From Rhizaria sp. SCN 62-66 (Eukaryota): a DNA stretch of 64,000 nucleotides. Of the stretch, positions 62,315 to 64,000 are shown piece after piece. A program made the translations under genes and the position numbers. A model generated the notes under the pieces. That model had not been told where the DNA came from, did no database searches, and saw only the letters and a program-made list of their open reading frames with translations. Every line of letters starts with the position of its first letter. Position 1 is the stretch's first letter. Location: positions 1 through 64,000 of the forward strand of contig MEDY01000105.1 in NCBI GenBank assembly GCA_001724265.1. The letters run 5' to 3'.

Positions 62315-63919
62315 CTGAGGCGGCGGCGTGTAGCCGCGCGCGGGCGGCGGCGTCACCGCGCCGTGGCTGTGCGCGTTGGTGCCAAGGCCGCTGCTGTTCA
62401 GCCCGCCGACGCTCGCGCTCAGCGAGAGGCCGGTGCTGCTGTTCGCGGCCGCGGCGGCAGCGGGCGGCGGCGTGGAAGTTATGCCACGCACAGGCACCGC
62501 GATGGGCGGGGTTTGGCCCCGGTGCGGGGGCGGCGTCTGCCCGCGGTTGAGCTGCTGCTGCTGTTGCTGTTGTTGCTGAAGCTGGAGAAACTCCTGCTGC
62601 TGCCGCTGCAGCTGCTGCAACTGCTGCTGCTGCCACAGCAACTGGCCGTGGGCGTCCTGGGGCGGACCATGCATCAGCGCCTGCTGCTGCTGCAGCTGCT
62701 GCTGCTGAGGGTCCTGCGCCTGCGTCTGCTGCAGCGGCGACTGGAGCTGCTGCGGGACGGCGAAGGCGAACGCGGGCACAGGCGCGGTGCCCGGCGCGGG
62801 GGACGGGGCGCGCGCGCTCGAGCCCGCGCGCCGCAGGGACAGCGACGACTGCGACTCGTCGACCGCGCTGGCGGCAGCGCCAGCGCCCGGGTCGGGGTTT
62901 GCCGCGTGCGCGCCCGCCGTCGCCGTCGCCGCCGCCGCCGCCGCCGGGGCGGGGCCGAAGGGGCCGGGGGACGGCGGCCGGCTGCCGGGCCGTGACCCCG
63001 CCCCCGCCCCGGCCGCGCCCTGGGCGCTGGCGCTCGCAGCGGACCCATGGTTGGCGACGTGCGACTGCGACGGGTGGAGCGACGAGTGCGACACGCTGGC
63101 GCCCGAGCTGCCCAGCCCCGCGAACATGATTTCCTGCGCGTCGGCCACAAGCGCGAGCCACGTGCTCAGCGCGTCGCGCGAGGGAATCACACCGGGCTGC
63201 GACAGGCCCGTGCTGGCGGCGGCGGGGACGCGGACCTCGAGCGAGGCAGCGAGGCACACCGAGAGTGCCGCGGGCGTCATCAGCGTCGCCGCCTGGTTGT
63301 GCAGCACGGCCGCCAGCAGGCGCGCCAGGCGGGCTGTAAGGCGCGCGCGGTCAGGCGCCATGCGCTCGGCGGCGTCGCGGCACAGTGCAAGCGCGCGCGC
63401 GCGGTCCGCGGGCGCGGCGGCGGCGGCGGCGGCGAAGTCGGCCATGATGCACGCGCCGGGCAGCGGCTCCGGCAGTGCGCGGAGCAGCTTCTTGAGCAGC
63501 GACGCCACGGTGTGCGGTTCAACGTGCGGGACTGGGACGCCGCGGGGCAGCACGGACTTGCCTGCGAGCACGGCGTGGTAGAGCTCGTTGACGCGCTCGC
63601 CGTGACCGGGCACGCGGAACAGCCCCTCGGCGCGCGTGCCGTTGTCCTGCAGGTAGTCGATGCACTGGCTGATCGCGGTGGCCACAGGCGCGGGGATCGG
63701 AAGCGGCTCGCCGGGCGGTAGCGTGCACGCGCCGTCGAAGCTGGAGAGCAGGCGCAGCCATAGCAGCTTCTCAGGCTCCGAGTCGGCGCGGAAGAGCAGC
63801 GAGGTCGTCTTGTCTTTGTTGCTGGGCAGACGCGCGGGGGAAGTGCCCAGCGCGGGGGAGGGGAGGTCCATCATGACGACCTGGAACTCGCCGGGGTCGT
63901 TGTCGATGCCTTGCCCGCC
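57483..63919 (-). CDS. PH-RhoGAP protein with polyQ low-complexity middle and C-terminal coiled coil; 5'-truncated; exons 63919-58445, 58290-58186, 58049-57483 (>=2048 aa); in-frame TAG at 60898-60896 and 60391-60389
   Basis: PH C-terminal helix LLFRADSEPEKLLWLRLL. RhoGAP motifs QCIDYLQDNGTRAEGLFRVPG (Arg finger) and HTVASLLKKLLRALPEPL. Track ORFs 60896..63976, 60389..60760 and 58202..60244 share one frame broken only by TAGs. Two phase-0 introns lead to the last exon, which ends in TAA. Confidence 0.82.
58050..58185 (-). other. RhoGAP gene intron (136 nt)
   Basis: AAG|GTAGGC...CTGAC...TTACACAG|GCT; AT-rich, phase 0. Confidence 0.85.
58291..58444 (-). other. RhoGAP gene intron (154 nt)
   Basis: CAG|GTACGC...TTCACAG|GTT; AT-rich, phase 0. 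Confidence 0.85.
59819..59878 (-). repeat. PolyQ (CAG/CAA)20 tract; further polyQ tracts at ~59010-59530, ~60383-60415, ~62000-62030 and ~62280-62710
   Basis: (CTG/TTG)n on the plus strand, in frame with the RhoGAP gene. Confidence 0.9.
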
Positions 63920-64000
63920 CTGCATAGGCAAGGGAACACAGAATAACGAAAGGTGGAGAGCGGTGAGGTGAGACAATAGAAGGGTACGTATGCCAGCAAG
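63920..64000 (-). other. 3' part of an intron upstream of the RhoGAP exon
   Basis: Long pyrimidine tract ending TATGCAG. The exon begins partway through a PH domain, implying upstream exons beyond the window. Confidence 0.65.

Noticed and set aside
59000-62720. Trinucleotide repeats as CRISPR or satellite DNA
   Set aside because: They are in-frame polyQ/polyA codons with no repeat-spacer structure, and the locus is eukaryotic.
57483-63976. RhoGAP locus as a pseudogene or as several genes
   Set aside because: Only TAG interruptions, no frameshifts, intact Arg finger and phase-conserving introns.

Overview
This is eukaryotic nuclear DNA from a mitochondriate protist-like organism. Coding sequence is very GC-rich, intergenic DNA is short and AT-richer, and the few introns are GT-AG (118-192 nt). 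Genes in order: a 5'-truncated unknown protein (+), RTF1 (-), mitochondrial uS15 (-), an intronless ~8,580-aa midasin (+), CIAO2/FAM96 (-), a frameshifted ABCG transporter fragment (+), a GH38 alpha-mannosidase (+), an RSM22/METTL17 with a very long extension (+), and a 5'-truncated PH-RhoGAP with polyQ and coiled-coil regions (-). The main signal is five TAG codons that sit in-frame inside three otherwise continuous reading frames, three of them in Gln-rich or CAG-run context. All nine credible gene ends use TAA or TGA, and at or shortly after each one the sequence becomes AT-richer. The simplest reading is a variant nuclear code with UAG as a sense codon (most likely Gln) and UAA/UGA as stops; readthrough, editing or sequence error cannot be excluded from this window alone. 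Secondary signals: a 3' splice-acceptor-like site just upstream of all six inferred start codons (trans-splicing or 5'UTR introns), an internal mitochondrial presequence-like segment suggesting an Rsm22 polyprotein, and widespread Ala-rich insertions.
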